Of a DNA stretch of 64,000 nt, positions 17,434 to 25,101 are shown one piece after another. The stretch's first letter is position 1, and the number at the start of each line of letters is the position of its first letter. Both the position numbers and the translations under genes were made by a program. This stretch comes from Chloroflexota bacterium. GTDB taxonomy: Bacteria > Chloroflexota > Chloroflexia > QHBQ01. Location of the stretch: the NCBI GenBank assembly GCA_043754535.1, contig JAYUUN010000071.1, positions 24,115-88,114 on the forward strand, read 5' to 3'. A model generated the notes under the pieces. It was not told the origin of the DNA. It made no database searches and worked only from the letters and a program-made list of their open reading frames with translations.

Positions 17434-18870
17434 ATGGACAAAGAGTACAGTGCAGCCCGAAACTTTGTAGTAACCGGGGCATTCTGGGTGATCATCGGCG
17501 GCCTGGTGGGGCTGGTCGCCGCCACGGAGATGGTCAGCCCCGACTTCCTCGGTGGCATCCCCTTCTTCGTCTTTGGTCGCCTGCGCCCGCTGCACGTCAA
17601 CGTGATGTTCTTCCTCTGGGTCAGCAGTATCTACTTTGGGGCGTTCCTCTACATTGTGCCAAAACTCTGCGGCACCAAGCTATACAGCGAGAAGCTGGGC
17701 AATGTTGCAATGGTGCTGTGGAACTTCGTCGGCATCTTCGCCCTCTTTACCCTGCTTACCGGCTACACCCAGGGCCGCGAGTATGCTGAACTGATCTGGC
17801 CGATTGACATTCTGGTAGAAGTCGTCCTGCTGATGAACCTCTATAATATTGTGCGTACCATCCTCGCTCGCAAAGAGAAGAAGCTGTTCGTCTCCCTCTG
17901 GTACATCACAGGTGCTATGCTCTGGCTGCCAATCGTCTACGCCATCGGCAACGTGATCTGGGATCCGTTCACCAGTTGGATCAGTACTGGCACCTTCAAC
18001 GGCAATCTGCTGCTCGGCTTCCCCGGCGGCAGCCTTGACGGCATTCGCGACTCGATCTGGAACTGGTACTACGGCCACAACGTTCTTGGCCTCTGGTTCA
18101 CCCCTGGTGGCGTTGCTATGGTCTACTACTTCCTGCCAGTGATCATCCGCTCTCCACTCTACAGCCACACCCTCAGCTTGATCGGCTTCTGGGGGCTAGC
18201 CTTCTTCTACACGATGGTCGGCCACCACCACATCTTGCAAACACCTACCCCCGGCTACCTGAAGACAATTGCCACGCTCGGTAGCATCGGTCTGTTCGTG
18301 CCAGTCTTCACCTTCCTCGGCAACATCTGGATGACGATGCGTGGAAGCTGGGGTAAGATATACGAGAGCATCCCCCTCAAGTTCCTGATCGTCGGCACGG
18401 TCTGGTACTTCGTCACCTGCGTGCAGGGGCCATTCCAGGCGATCCAGGGCTTCAACCGCTTGATCCACTTCACCAACTGGATCGTAGGCCACGCCCACCT
18501 CGCTATGCTGGGGACGATGAGTAGTTGGGCGATGGGGGCGGTGCTATACATGGTGCCAGTAATCAGCCGTAAACGGCTCTGGTCACCCGCTTTGGCCGAA
18601 GCGCAGTTCTGGCTAGTGACGATGGGCTTCATCCTGATGATGATCACCTTGCAGGTCGGTGGCCTCGTGCAGGGTGGTATGTGGATGGCAGGCCAGACGG
18701 TCTACGCAGGCGTGCCACAAATGCGCCCCTACTACATTGGGCGGGCAATCAGCGGTATCCTGCTCTTTGCAGGCTTCTCCCTCCAATTTTACAACATCTA
18801 CAAGACGATTCGTTCCAGCGAACCGATCCGCGCCAGCAGCGCAATCTCGGCGGCTGATGTACCAGCTTAG
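17434..18870 (+). CDS. ccoN: C-family (cbb3-type) heme-copper oxidase catalytic subunit CcoN
   Basis: 478 aa, 12 or more TM helices. Helix II carries RPLHVNVMFF. Also WYYGHNVLGLWF (CuB His), FFYTMVGHHHI (Tyr plus HH pair) and NWIVGHAHLAMLG (heme b3/b His pair). Confidence 0.9.
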   Translation: MDKEYSAARNFVVTGAFWVIIGGLVGLVAATEMVSPDFLGGIPFFVFGRLRPLHVNVMFFLWVSSIYFGAFLYIVPKLCGTKLYSEKLGNVAMVLWNFVGIFALFTLLTGYTQGREYAELIWPIDILVEVVLLMNLYNIVRTILARKEKKLFVSLWYITGAMLWLPIVYAIGNVIWDPFTSWISTGTFNGNLLLGFPGGSLDGIRDSIWNWYYGHNVLGLWFTPGGVAMVYYFLPVIIRSPLYSHTLSLIGFWGLAFFYTMVGHHHILQTPTPGYLKTIATLGSIGLFVPVFTFLGNIWMTMRGSWGKIYESIPLKFLIVGTVWYFVTCVQGPFQAIQGFNRLIHFTNWIVGHAHLAMLGTMSSWAMGAVLYMVPVISRKRLWSPALAEAQFWLVTMGFILMMITLQVGGLVQGGMWMAGQTVYAGVPQMRPYYIGRAISGILLFAGFSLQFYNIYKTIRSSEPIRASSAISAADVPA

Positions 18871-18923
18871 TGGTCAGCCGTCAGCCACAAACTGGCGGTG
18901 AGCAGACATGCCAACGTAGCAGG

Positions 18924-19038
18924 GCAGCAATGCCAGCAAGCGACTACCCACGACTGACTACCAGCACGTTTAGAGTAATGCTGCTCATTGGCTGCCTCGC
19001 GCAGCAATGCCAGCAAGCGACTACCCACGACTGACTAC
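18924..19038. repeat. Perfect 38-bp direct repeat in two copies (18924-18961 and 19001-19038, period 77 bp) in the ccoN-ccoO spacer
   Basis: gcagcaatgccagcaagcgactacccacgactgactac occurs twice. After one mismatch the match continues for 3 more nt (agc). Confidence 0.9.
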
Positions 19039-19057
19039 TAGCGACTGAGGATCAAGA

Positions 19058-20518
19058 ATGGCACAGATTACCGACAACATCAAGAAGGGCTTTCGCGAGG
19101 CGGCCACGGGACTGAAGGCGCGACGCTTTGTGCTGCGGATGGACTACCCCACCATCTTCTTTGGCGCACTGCTGATCGTCCTCAGCGTGACTGCGGTTGT
19201 GGTCGCCCTGCCCTTCTTTACCTACAAGGTCGAACCCTCGCCTGATGCCCGCCCGCTCAGTGTAGCGGAGGAGCATGGTCGGGCGATCTACGCTAGCAAC
19301 GGTTGCTGGTACTGCCACAGCCAGTATCTTCGCCCCCAGGACTGGACAGGGGTTAAGTCATTCGAGACCCTGGGCCGCGTGGCCCAAGCGGGTGACTTCG
19401 CTTACCAGAAGGGGATGCTGCTCGGCTCGGAGCGCACCGGCCCCGACCTGTCGCAGGAGGGTGGCGCGCACCCCGACGACTGGCACGTAGCCCACTTCTA
19501 CAACCCACGCTACACCAGCGTCAAGTCGATCATGCCAGAGTTTAGCTTCTGGAGCGATGAGGAACGCAACGACACGATCAGCTACGTGCAGAGCCTGGGC
19601 GGCAAGCCAGGGGTAGCCCGTTCGCAGAAGCAGCGCGAAGTCAAGTCAGCCACCCTACAAACACGTGGCTTGCCCAGTGACGACCCGAAAGACCCGTTCA
19701 AGAACCGTCGCTTGCAGGTACAGGCTATGTTCGATGACAGTTGGGCTAACGTGACCAACCCGATCCCGACCAGCCCGCGCAGCTTGCAGCATGGCAAATA
19801 CGTCTTCCAGACCAATTGCATCGGCTGCCATGGGGTCTACGCCGACGGCAAGGGGCCAGCAGCTCGCTATGTTCAGCCGCAGCCCTTCAACTTCACCCAG
19901 GCTAACCAGCAGGCGTGGCTCTCCGACGGCCAGATGTACCTCGCGCTGCTCTACGGCGTAGAAGGCACCTCCATGCCAGCCTGGGGCGACTTCCTTACCG
20001 TCAATGATATTTGGGACACGGTCAACTTCCTGCGTACTGTCCCTTATGGCAGCCTGACCGCTGGACGCGAGCCGACGATTGAGATGTTCCAGCGGAGCGA
20101 AGAACTGGTGCGCGCCAACCCACAAGACCCCTCCAAGAACCCCTACCGCACCCAGTTCAACATCGTAAACAAGGGCAGCTACTACAACCCACAGAATATC
20201 GGGCCGAAGTTCAACCCATCTGGCCCCAGCACTGGCGTAGAAGACCCCAGCACTGGCGGTCAGCAGCAGCGTCCCGACGTGGGTAACTACCCAATCCAAA
20301 ACTCGATCTACCCACCACCCTATCAGGTTGGCACCAGCGGGGTTGTCACCCCGGTCTCCTCCTCAGTTGGCAATGGTTCAACTGGCCCCGCAGACAACGG
20401 TGGTTCAATGCCGCCTAGCAGCGGTGGCAACAACGGCAACGGTGGAGCAGGCAGCACTGGCACTGGCGGCACCAGCGGAGGCAGCGGCACTGGCAGCACT
20501 AGCGGCGGCAGCAAGTAG
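19058..20518 (+). CDS. ccoO: Fusion of CcoO (monoheme cbb3 subunit II) with a CcoP-like monoheme cytochrome c domain and a Gly/Ser/Asn-rich tail
   Basis: TM anchor. CcoO motifs IYASNGCWYCHSQYLRP, LLGSERTGPDLSQEG, DDWHVAHFYNPR..SIMPEF. A second heme site CIGCHGVYADGKGP...GTSMPAWGD follows. The last roughly 90 aa are low complexity (GGNNGNGGAGSTGTGGTSGGSGTGSTSGGSK). Confidence 0.85.
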   Translation: MAQITDNIKKGFREAATGLKARRFVLRMDYPTIFFGALLIVLSVTAVVVALPFFTYKVEPSPDARPLSVAEEHGRAIYASNGCWYCHSQYLRPQDWTGVKSFETLGRVAQAGDFAYQKGMLLGSERTGPDLSQEGGAHPDDWHVAHFYNPRYTSVKSIMPEFSFWSDEERNDTISYVQSLGGKPGVARSQKQREVKSATLQTRGLPSDDPKDPFKNRRLQVQAMFDDSWANVTNPIPTSPRSLQHGKYVFQTNCIGCHGVYADGKGPAARYVQPQPFNFTQANQQAWLSDGQMYLALLYGVEGTSMPAWGDFLTVNDIWDTVNFLRTVPYGSLTAGREPTIEMFQRSEELVRANPQDPSKNPYRTQFNIVNKGSYYNPQNIGPKFNPSGPSTGVEDPSTGGQQQRPDVGNYPIQNSIYPPPYQVGTSGVVTPVSSSVGNGSTGPADNGGSMPPSSGGNNGNGGAGSTGTGGTSGGSGTGSTSGGSK

Positions 20519-20593
20519 CACAAGAGAAGAGCGCAGGGGTGGCAACCCCCTCTTGCGCCCTGCCAGCAGCAAGCTGGCCTGGAAAGCGGTGCA

Positions 20594-20869
20594 GTGATGA
20601 AACGAATGAGGCGCACTACTCTTGCGCTGGCAAGCAGCCTGCTTATAGCGGCAATGGCTAGCCCCGCCTACGCCCACGACGCAGTAGCGGGTGAGGAGTT
20701 GTCGGGGGCAATGGAGATGCTCTACTTCACCCTCTTTCTGGTTGCCAGCACTGCCTTTGTCATCTTCTACGCCTGGCGTAAGGGGCAGTTCAGCAACTTT
20801 GAGGAGAGCAAGTACCGGATGCTTGAGCAGGACGGTGAAGAATACAAAGAGTTGATGGGAGAATACTGA
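20594..20869 (+). CDS. ccoS: CcoS/FixS-like cbb3 maturation protein with an N-terminal signal-peptide-like extension
   Basis: MEMLYFTLFLVASTAFVIFYAWRKGQFSNFEESKYRMLEQD resembles the CcoS consensus (...FlWA.ksGQfdD......iL.dD). The upstream 39 codons read like a Sec signal (MKRMRRTTLALASSLLIAAMASPAYA/HD). An alternative start at the ATG at 20711 (Shine-Dalgarno GGTGAGGAG) would give a canonical 52-aa CcoS. Confidence 0.6.
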   Translation: MMKRMRRTTLALASSLLIAAMASPAYAHDAVAGEELSGAMEMLYFTLFLVASTAFVIFYAWRKGQFSNFEESKYRMLEQDGEEYKELMGEY

Positions 20870-21192
20870 TGGACCCAAACGAGACTATCAACCGCACTGG
20901 TGGCAATCTTCCCTGGGATAACATTCTCCCCTGGGAGTGGCAGTGGCACCTGGACGCTATCGAGTGGATATGGGGCATTGCAATCGCCGTGCTGATTTGG
21001 TTCACCATTTCGGCGATGAAGTACCGCAAGCAGGCAGCCAACCAGCTTGGCCGCAATGTGGAGGACTTCGCAGGCCAGACCACTGAGGCGAACGGCAAGA
21101 TGCCAGTCTTCCTGATGCTCACCTACGCTGCTGTCACTCTTTTCTTCTTCACCTACACCCTGATCTACTTCTTCTTCGGCTACACGTATTAG
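20869..21192 (+). CDS. Two-TM small membrane protein; second helix resembles the FixP_N / CcoQ-type anchor of cbb3 oxidases
   Basis: 107 aa. Its start overlaps the upstream stop (TGATG). ...ANGKMPVFLMLTYAAVTLFFFTYTLIYFFFGY resembles the DN.LP.WW...fy.ti.fa..Y pattern. Confidence 0.4.
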   Translation: MDPNETINRTGGNLPWDNILPWEWQWHLDAIEWIWGIAIAVLIWFTISAMKYRKQAANQLGRNVEDFAGQTTEANGKMPVFLMLTYAAVTLFFFTYTLIYFFFGYTY

Positions 21193-21223
21193 GCGTGTCA
21201 GCCCCCAAGAGAGGCTACTGTAA

Positions 21224-21652
21224 ATGATGAGCGAACCAACCCCGCGCCAACAAAACCGCTTGCAGGATGTAAAGTCCGAGCGCAACGCTGCTGCCTTTGG
21301 TGAGGAGAACTCTGCCGAGCCGCTCTATGGCCTTGCTCCAATCGAGGGTGGCGCAGACGAGACGGTGGAGGAGAGTTCAGCGGAGACCCCAAATAGCCCT
21401 GACTTCCTGGAGGCACGCACGCGCACCGAGGCAGCAGCGGGTGGTAGTGCTGGCGGGGGGATCGGCGGCAAGTCTCAGGCTGCGCTCCCGGCTGGTGGTC
21501 ATGGGCATGGTACTGGCAGCTTCAACCTGCTAACTGTGATCCTGATGAGCATGGCGGGGCTGATCATCACCGTCGGCATCGTCCTCTATATCGCGCACGG
21601 CGGCCACGACCAGGTGCAAGACATCCTTAGCCGTTACCCCGCCAACCGCTAA
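21224..21652 (+). CDS. Hypothetical C-terminally anchored membrane protein with acidic disordered N-terminus and a GGHGHG motif
   Basis: 142 aa with a single TM helix (FNLLTVILMSMAGLIITVGIVLYIA). Co-directional with the cbb3 genes. Confidence 0.45.
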   Translation: MMSEPTPRQQNRLQDVKSERNAAAFGEENSAEPLYGLAPIEGGADETVEESSAETPNSPDFLEARTRTEAAAGGSAGGGIGGKSQAALPAGGHGHGTGSFNLLTVILMSMAGLIITVGIVLYIAHGGHDQVQDILSRYPANR

Positions 21653-21719
21653 CCCCGCCTGGGTGCAAGACGCACCCCCACCACCCGGCCCGTTAGGGGC
21701 GGAGAGGGTATGACAAACA

Positions 21720-22034
21720 ATGGCCTTTGTGCGTATGACCACCTTCATCGTCCCTGCGGCCCGCAGTGAGGAGATTCAGCCGGGCCACAACCTCTACCTG
21801 GCGGCCACGCAGGGGGTTAAGATTGTGGCTCAGAACACCAGTGGCTTCCATCGGGGGGGTGTCTGGGCTAGCCAGACCGAGAAGGGTGACATCAAGGTAG
21901 TAATCTATATGCAGTTCTACGACCTGCCCGATTTGCAGAACTTCGCCAATGCACCGATGGTGCGCGACTTCGAGGCGAGCGTTGACGAAATCCTCAGCCC
22001 GCCCCTGATTGAGGTTTTCGAGGTCGTCTCCTGA
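21720..22034 (+). CDS. Small ABM/Dabb-like (ferredoxin-fold) protein
   Basis: 104 aa. Its size and alternating beta-alpha pattern (VRMTTFIV...IKVVIYMQFYDLPDLQNFANAP...) are consistent with the antibiotic-biosynthesis-monooxygenase fold. The call is weak. Confidence 0.4.
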   Translation: MAFVRMTTFIVPAARSEEIQPGHNLYLAATQGVKIVAQNTSGFHRGGVWASQTEKGDIKVVIYMQFYDLPDLQNFANAPMVRDFEASVDEILSPPLIEVFEVVS

Positions 22035-22063
22035 CCCTGCTGTTTCAACCTGGAAAGCTACCT

Positions 22064-22699
22064 ATGTTGCAAGAAAAAGAGGACGCGCAGCAGAACCTCA
22101 CGCCCCAGCAGCCGGAACCCAAGTACGGCGAACTGCCTCCGATCATGCGCCGCCTGCGCCCGCTGATCTACCTGCTGATCGTCCTCGGCACCATAGCAAT
22201 TAGTACAATCAGCGTCTATCAACTCTACTTCCTGCGTACTGCTGGCGATTCCTCATCAGCAATGGCGGTAGGCAGCGATAGCGCAAACCGCAACGTCCCC
22301 GACCGACGCGGGATGTTCATCACCACCGGTAAGGGCTTCTACCAGATTCTTGACCTGACCAGTGATGTGGTCAACCAGTTCCAGAACCAGGTACCAGCCG
22401 ACGCTGCTCGCTTCCTGCTGGGTGACGCAACCTGGGTCACGGTCAACGGTTCCATGGACTTCGAGGCAGGAGAAGCGCACGTCTACTTGCTCAAGCCAGA
22501 AAGCAACGGGCAGCAGGCGATCTCGCTCCAGTTCGAGAAGGTGCAGCGCAAGAGCGACAAAGCGGTGCGCTTCATGGCAGCTAGCGGTGCCTGGGCCGAG
22601 GGTGCTTACCGCGTAGAGGTGCCAGCCGACTCCATGTATGGCGGCAAAGCCTACGCCTACTTTATCGTTGGTTATCCCGACCTCAACCTGGGCAAGTAG
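22064..22699 (+). CDS. Hypothetical N-terminally anchored extracytoplasmic protein
   Basis: 211 aa. One TM helix (LIYLLIVLGTIAISTISVYQLYF), then a beta-rich soluble domain. I recognise no motifs. Confidence 0.45.
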   Translation: MLQEKEDAQQNLTPQQPEPKYGELPPIMRRLRPLIYLLIVLGTIAISTISVYQLYFLRTAGDSSSAMAVGSDSANRNVPDRRGMFITTGKGFYQILDLTSDVVNQFQNQVPADAARFLLGDATWVTVNGSMDFEAGEAHVYLLKPESNGQQAISLQFEKVQRKSDKAVRFMAASGAWAEGAYRVEVPADSMYGGKAYAYFIVGYPDLNLGK

Positions 22700-22747
22700 A
22701 GCTTCCGCCCAACCACTGTTATTTTATGCTTTGTTTACGCCCCCAAA

Positions 22748-22777
22748 TTGCAGCCCTCTAACAGTAATGGCTATAAT
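22748..22777 (+). promoter_or_regulatory. Putative promoter TTGCAG-18-TATAAT for the triplicated HCO-like gene
   Basis: aaTTGCAGccctctaacagtaatggcTATAATtgt, about 55 nt upstream of the ATG at 22831. An AT-rich stretch lies just upstream. Confidence 0.5.
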
Positions 22778-22830
22778 TGTGTGCAACTAAAGCGTTTGCG
22801 GTTTGGTGAGAGCAGAGAGGCAGGCCAATC

Positions 22831-25026
22831 ATGGAGAACAATTTGAAGGCGGTGGCAGTGCCAGCGATGGCAGTGAAGGCCGACCCACTGGTTAAGTCGC
22901 TACTGAGTGAGGGGCAAGTGGCCGAGGAGATGAAGGGGCAGGAGCGCGGGTACCTGCGCTTCTTCTTCGCGGCGGCGGTTGCACTGCTGTTCAGTGCAAC
23001 CCAGGGCATCCTGATGCGTGTGCCAGGCTTCTTTGACTGGATTCGCCATGCCGACTACGGTGGTCGAATGGTCTCGATCCTCTCCTTCACCCACATCACA
23101 GTGGTGGCGGCTGGCACGATCAGCATGACTGCCCTGATTTACTACGTGCTGCCCCGCGTGATGGGCCGCCCGCTCTTTGGCCGCGGCATCAGCAACCTGG
23201 GGTTCTGGTGTATCCTCTTTGGCGTGTACGGCTTCTACTTCAGCATGATCGGCATGGGGCTGTGGGAAGGGAGCCTGGTAGTCTCACAGGGCTACACCTA
23301 CGATGCTGCTCGCCAGATGCTAGACGGCTGGCACCGGGGACTGGTTGGTGCCTGCGCCAGCTTCATGGGTATTGGCTACTGGATCATGGTACTCAATGTC
23401 CTCGTCACCTACTTTCAGGGGCGCAAGCAGCGACGGTTGCGCCAGCAGCTTGCCCTCGCCAGTGGGCTAGACTCACCAGAGCTTGACCAGGTCATCACGA
23501 CTGCTGCGCCACTCAAGCAGCGGCTGCTCAACTTGATCGGCTGGAACGAGGTGGGCAAGGCCAACGACTACTACATCGCCAAGTTCTTTGCGGTCGCTGC
23601 TATTGGCTTGTTCATCGGCACCGTGCAGGGGGTCTACCAGGTGTTGCCCTGGTCTACCGAGTGGCTACGCAAGGCTGGTACCGCTGGGCAGCAGATCGAC
23701 CCCACCGCCCACGCCCACATCAACCTGGTCAGCGTTGCGCTAGCGGTGATGGGCTTCAGCTACTACTTCCTGCCACGCATCTTCAATCGGCCCATCGCCA
23801 GCGTCAAGCTCGCCAATTTCAGCTTCCGGGCGGCCAGCTTTGGCATGATTAGCTTCTGGCTCTGGCTGGTTGTTTTCGGCTTCATCGAAGGCGACAAGGT
23901 GGTGCGCTTCGGCTGGACTCCTGACGCAGCCCGTGCCAATGACACGATCTGGCGCAACATTGCGATCATCGGCTCAGCCTGCTTCATGGCAGCAGGCTTC
24001 TGGACCTACATCTCCAACATCTACCTGACGCTCAACAACAAGCGGCGGCTGACCGAGGATCAGCAGGCGACCATGCAGCCCGCCAGCAGCTTCCCGATCA
24101 AGGCACCCTGGCTGGCTAGCGTCGTAGGCATCTCCGCCACCTTCCTGCTGTTCGGCACCATCCAGGGCATCATCCAGGCTCTACCCTACACTCAAAAGTG
24201 GTTGCAGACTTCGGGCGACGCTGGCTACTTCGTCACCCCCTTCGCCCACGCCCAGCTAAACACCACTGGCGGGGTAGTCCTCAGCCTGATGGTCTTCATA
24301 ATGTTCCTCGCCCCGCGCCTCAGTGGCCGCCCACTCAACACTGGGCTGGCGAAAGTGGCGGTGGCCGTCCTCTGCCTCGGCATCGTCAGCGTCTATGCCG
24401 TCAATCTCCTACTTGGCGTAGCAGAGGGTGATTTGATGCGCCAGGGCAGCAGCTTTGAACAGGCGCGCCAGTTGTGGCTCGGCCCCACCCTTAACGACAC
24501 GCTGCTGCTCACCTCGACCACGATCCAGGGCGTAGGCTACCTGCTATTCTTTGTGGTGATCATGCAGGCGATTGGCTGGCTGGCAATCCGCAACTACTTC
24601 GGCCAGCGGTTCGGCGGGCTGGGCCGTGCTGTGCTAGATGGAGCGAAGGTTCACCCCCGCGCCTTGCCCAAGAGCATGGCCGCTGCCCGTAGCCGCGCCC
24701 TGACCGGCACTATGCTAGAAGTAGTACCTGGCATGGGCTGGCTGATGACTGGGCGGCCCAAGCTAGCGACCTTCTTGCTCCTGTTCGGCTTTGGGGTGCT
24801 GCTCTCCACCGTCTTCGCGGTGCTGGCGATCTTCAACATCACCGAGGAGAACTACGTGATCTGGTGGCTGGTCGGCATCTACACCGCAGTCGCGCTGCTC
24901 TCTGCCTTCTTCCAGTATCGCAGCTACATGGCCCAGGCGCGGGCGCACCTCAGCAGCCTGTCCGCCCCCACTCGCGCGCTCGCCCAGGGGGTTGCTGAGC
25001 AAATTGCTACCCGCAAACAACTGTAG
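22831..25026 (+). CDS. 14-TM membrane protein made of three tandem 4-helix modules, each resembling helices I-IV of heme-copper oxidase subunit I, plus 2 C-terminal helices; function unknown
   Basis: 731 aa. The three modules cover aa ~40-197, ~246-402 and ~425-590. They share the motif order ...QG(I/V)..., H-x-(N/T) helix, (F/V)L(A)PR(V/I/L)xxRP(L/I), ...EG(S/D)..., (D/E)(A/Q)AR. This parallels RPLHVNVMFF...YIVPKLCGTKLYSEKLGN in the neighbouring CcoN. No CuB HH pair is present. Confidence 0.6.
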   Translation: MENNLKAVAVPAMAVKADPLVKSLLSEGQVAEEMKGQERGYLRFFFAAAVALLFSATQGILMRVPGFFDWIRHADYGGRMVSILSFTHITVVAAGTISMTALIYYVLPRVMGRPLFGRGISNLGFWCILFGVYGFYFSMIGMGLWEGSLVVSQGYTYDAARQMLDGWHRGLVGACASFMGIGYWIMVLNVLVTYFQGRKQRRLRQQLALASGLDSPELDQVITTAAPLKQRLLNLIGWNEVGKANDYYIAKFFAVAAIGLFIGTVQGVYQVLPWSTEWLRKAGTAGQQIDPTAHAHINLVSVALAVMGFSYYFLPRIFNRPIASVKLANFSFRAASFGMISFWLWLVVFGFIEGDKVVRFGWTPDAARANDTIWRNIAIIGSACFMAAGFWTYISNIYLTLNNKRRLTEDQQATMQPASSFPIKAPWLASVVGISATFLLFGTIQGIIQALPYTQKWLQTSGDAGYFVTPFAHAQLNTTGGVVLSLMVFIMFLAPRLSGRPLNTGLAKVAVAVLCLGIVSVYAVNLLLGVAEGDLMRQGSSFEQARQLWLGPTLNDTLLLTSTTIQGVGYLLFFVVIMQAIGWLAIRNYFGQRFGGLGRAVLDGAKVHPRALPKSMAAARSRALTGTMLEVVPGMGWLMTGRPKLATFLLLFGFGVLLSTVFAVLAIFNITEENYVIWWLVGIYTAVALLSAFFQYRSYMAQARAHLSSLSAPTRALAQGVAEQIATRKQL

Positions 25027-25101
25027 AGCGATAGCACAAGCGCAGGTTGAGCAGGCGAGCGTGTGGTTTACGCTCCTCTTGCCATCTAGGTAGGAGCGGC
25101 A

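Noticed and set aside
22831-25026. Calling the 731-aa protein a second catalytic cbb3 subunit or a nitric-oxide reductase.
   Set aside because: It lacks the CuB/FeB His cluster (the HH pair and the helix-VI His block) and the helix-X double His. Only the helix I-IV-like module is present, in three copies.
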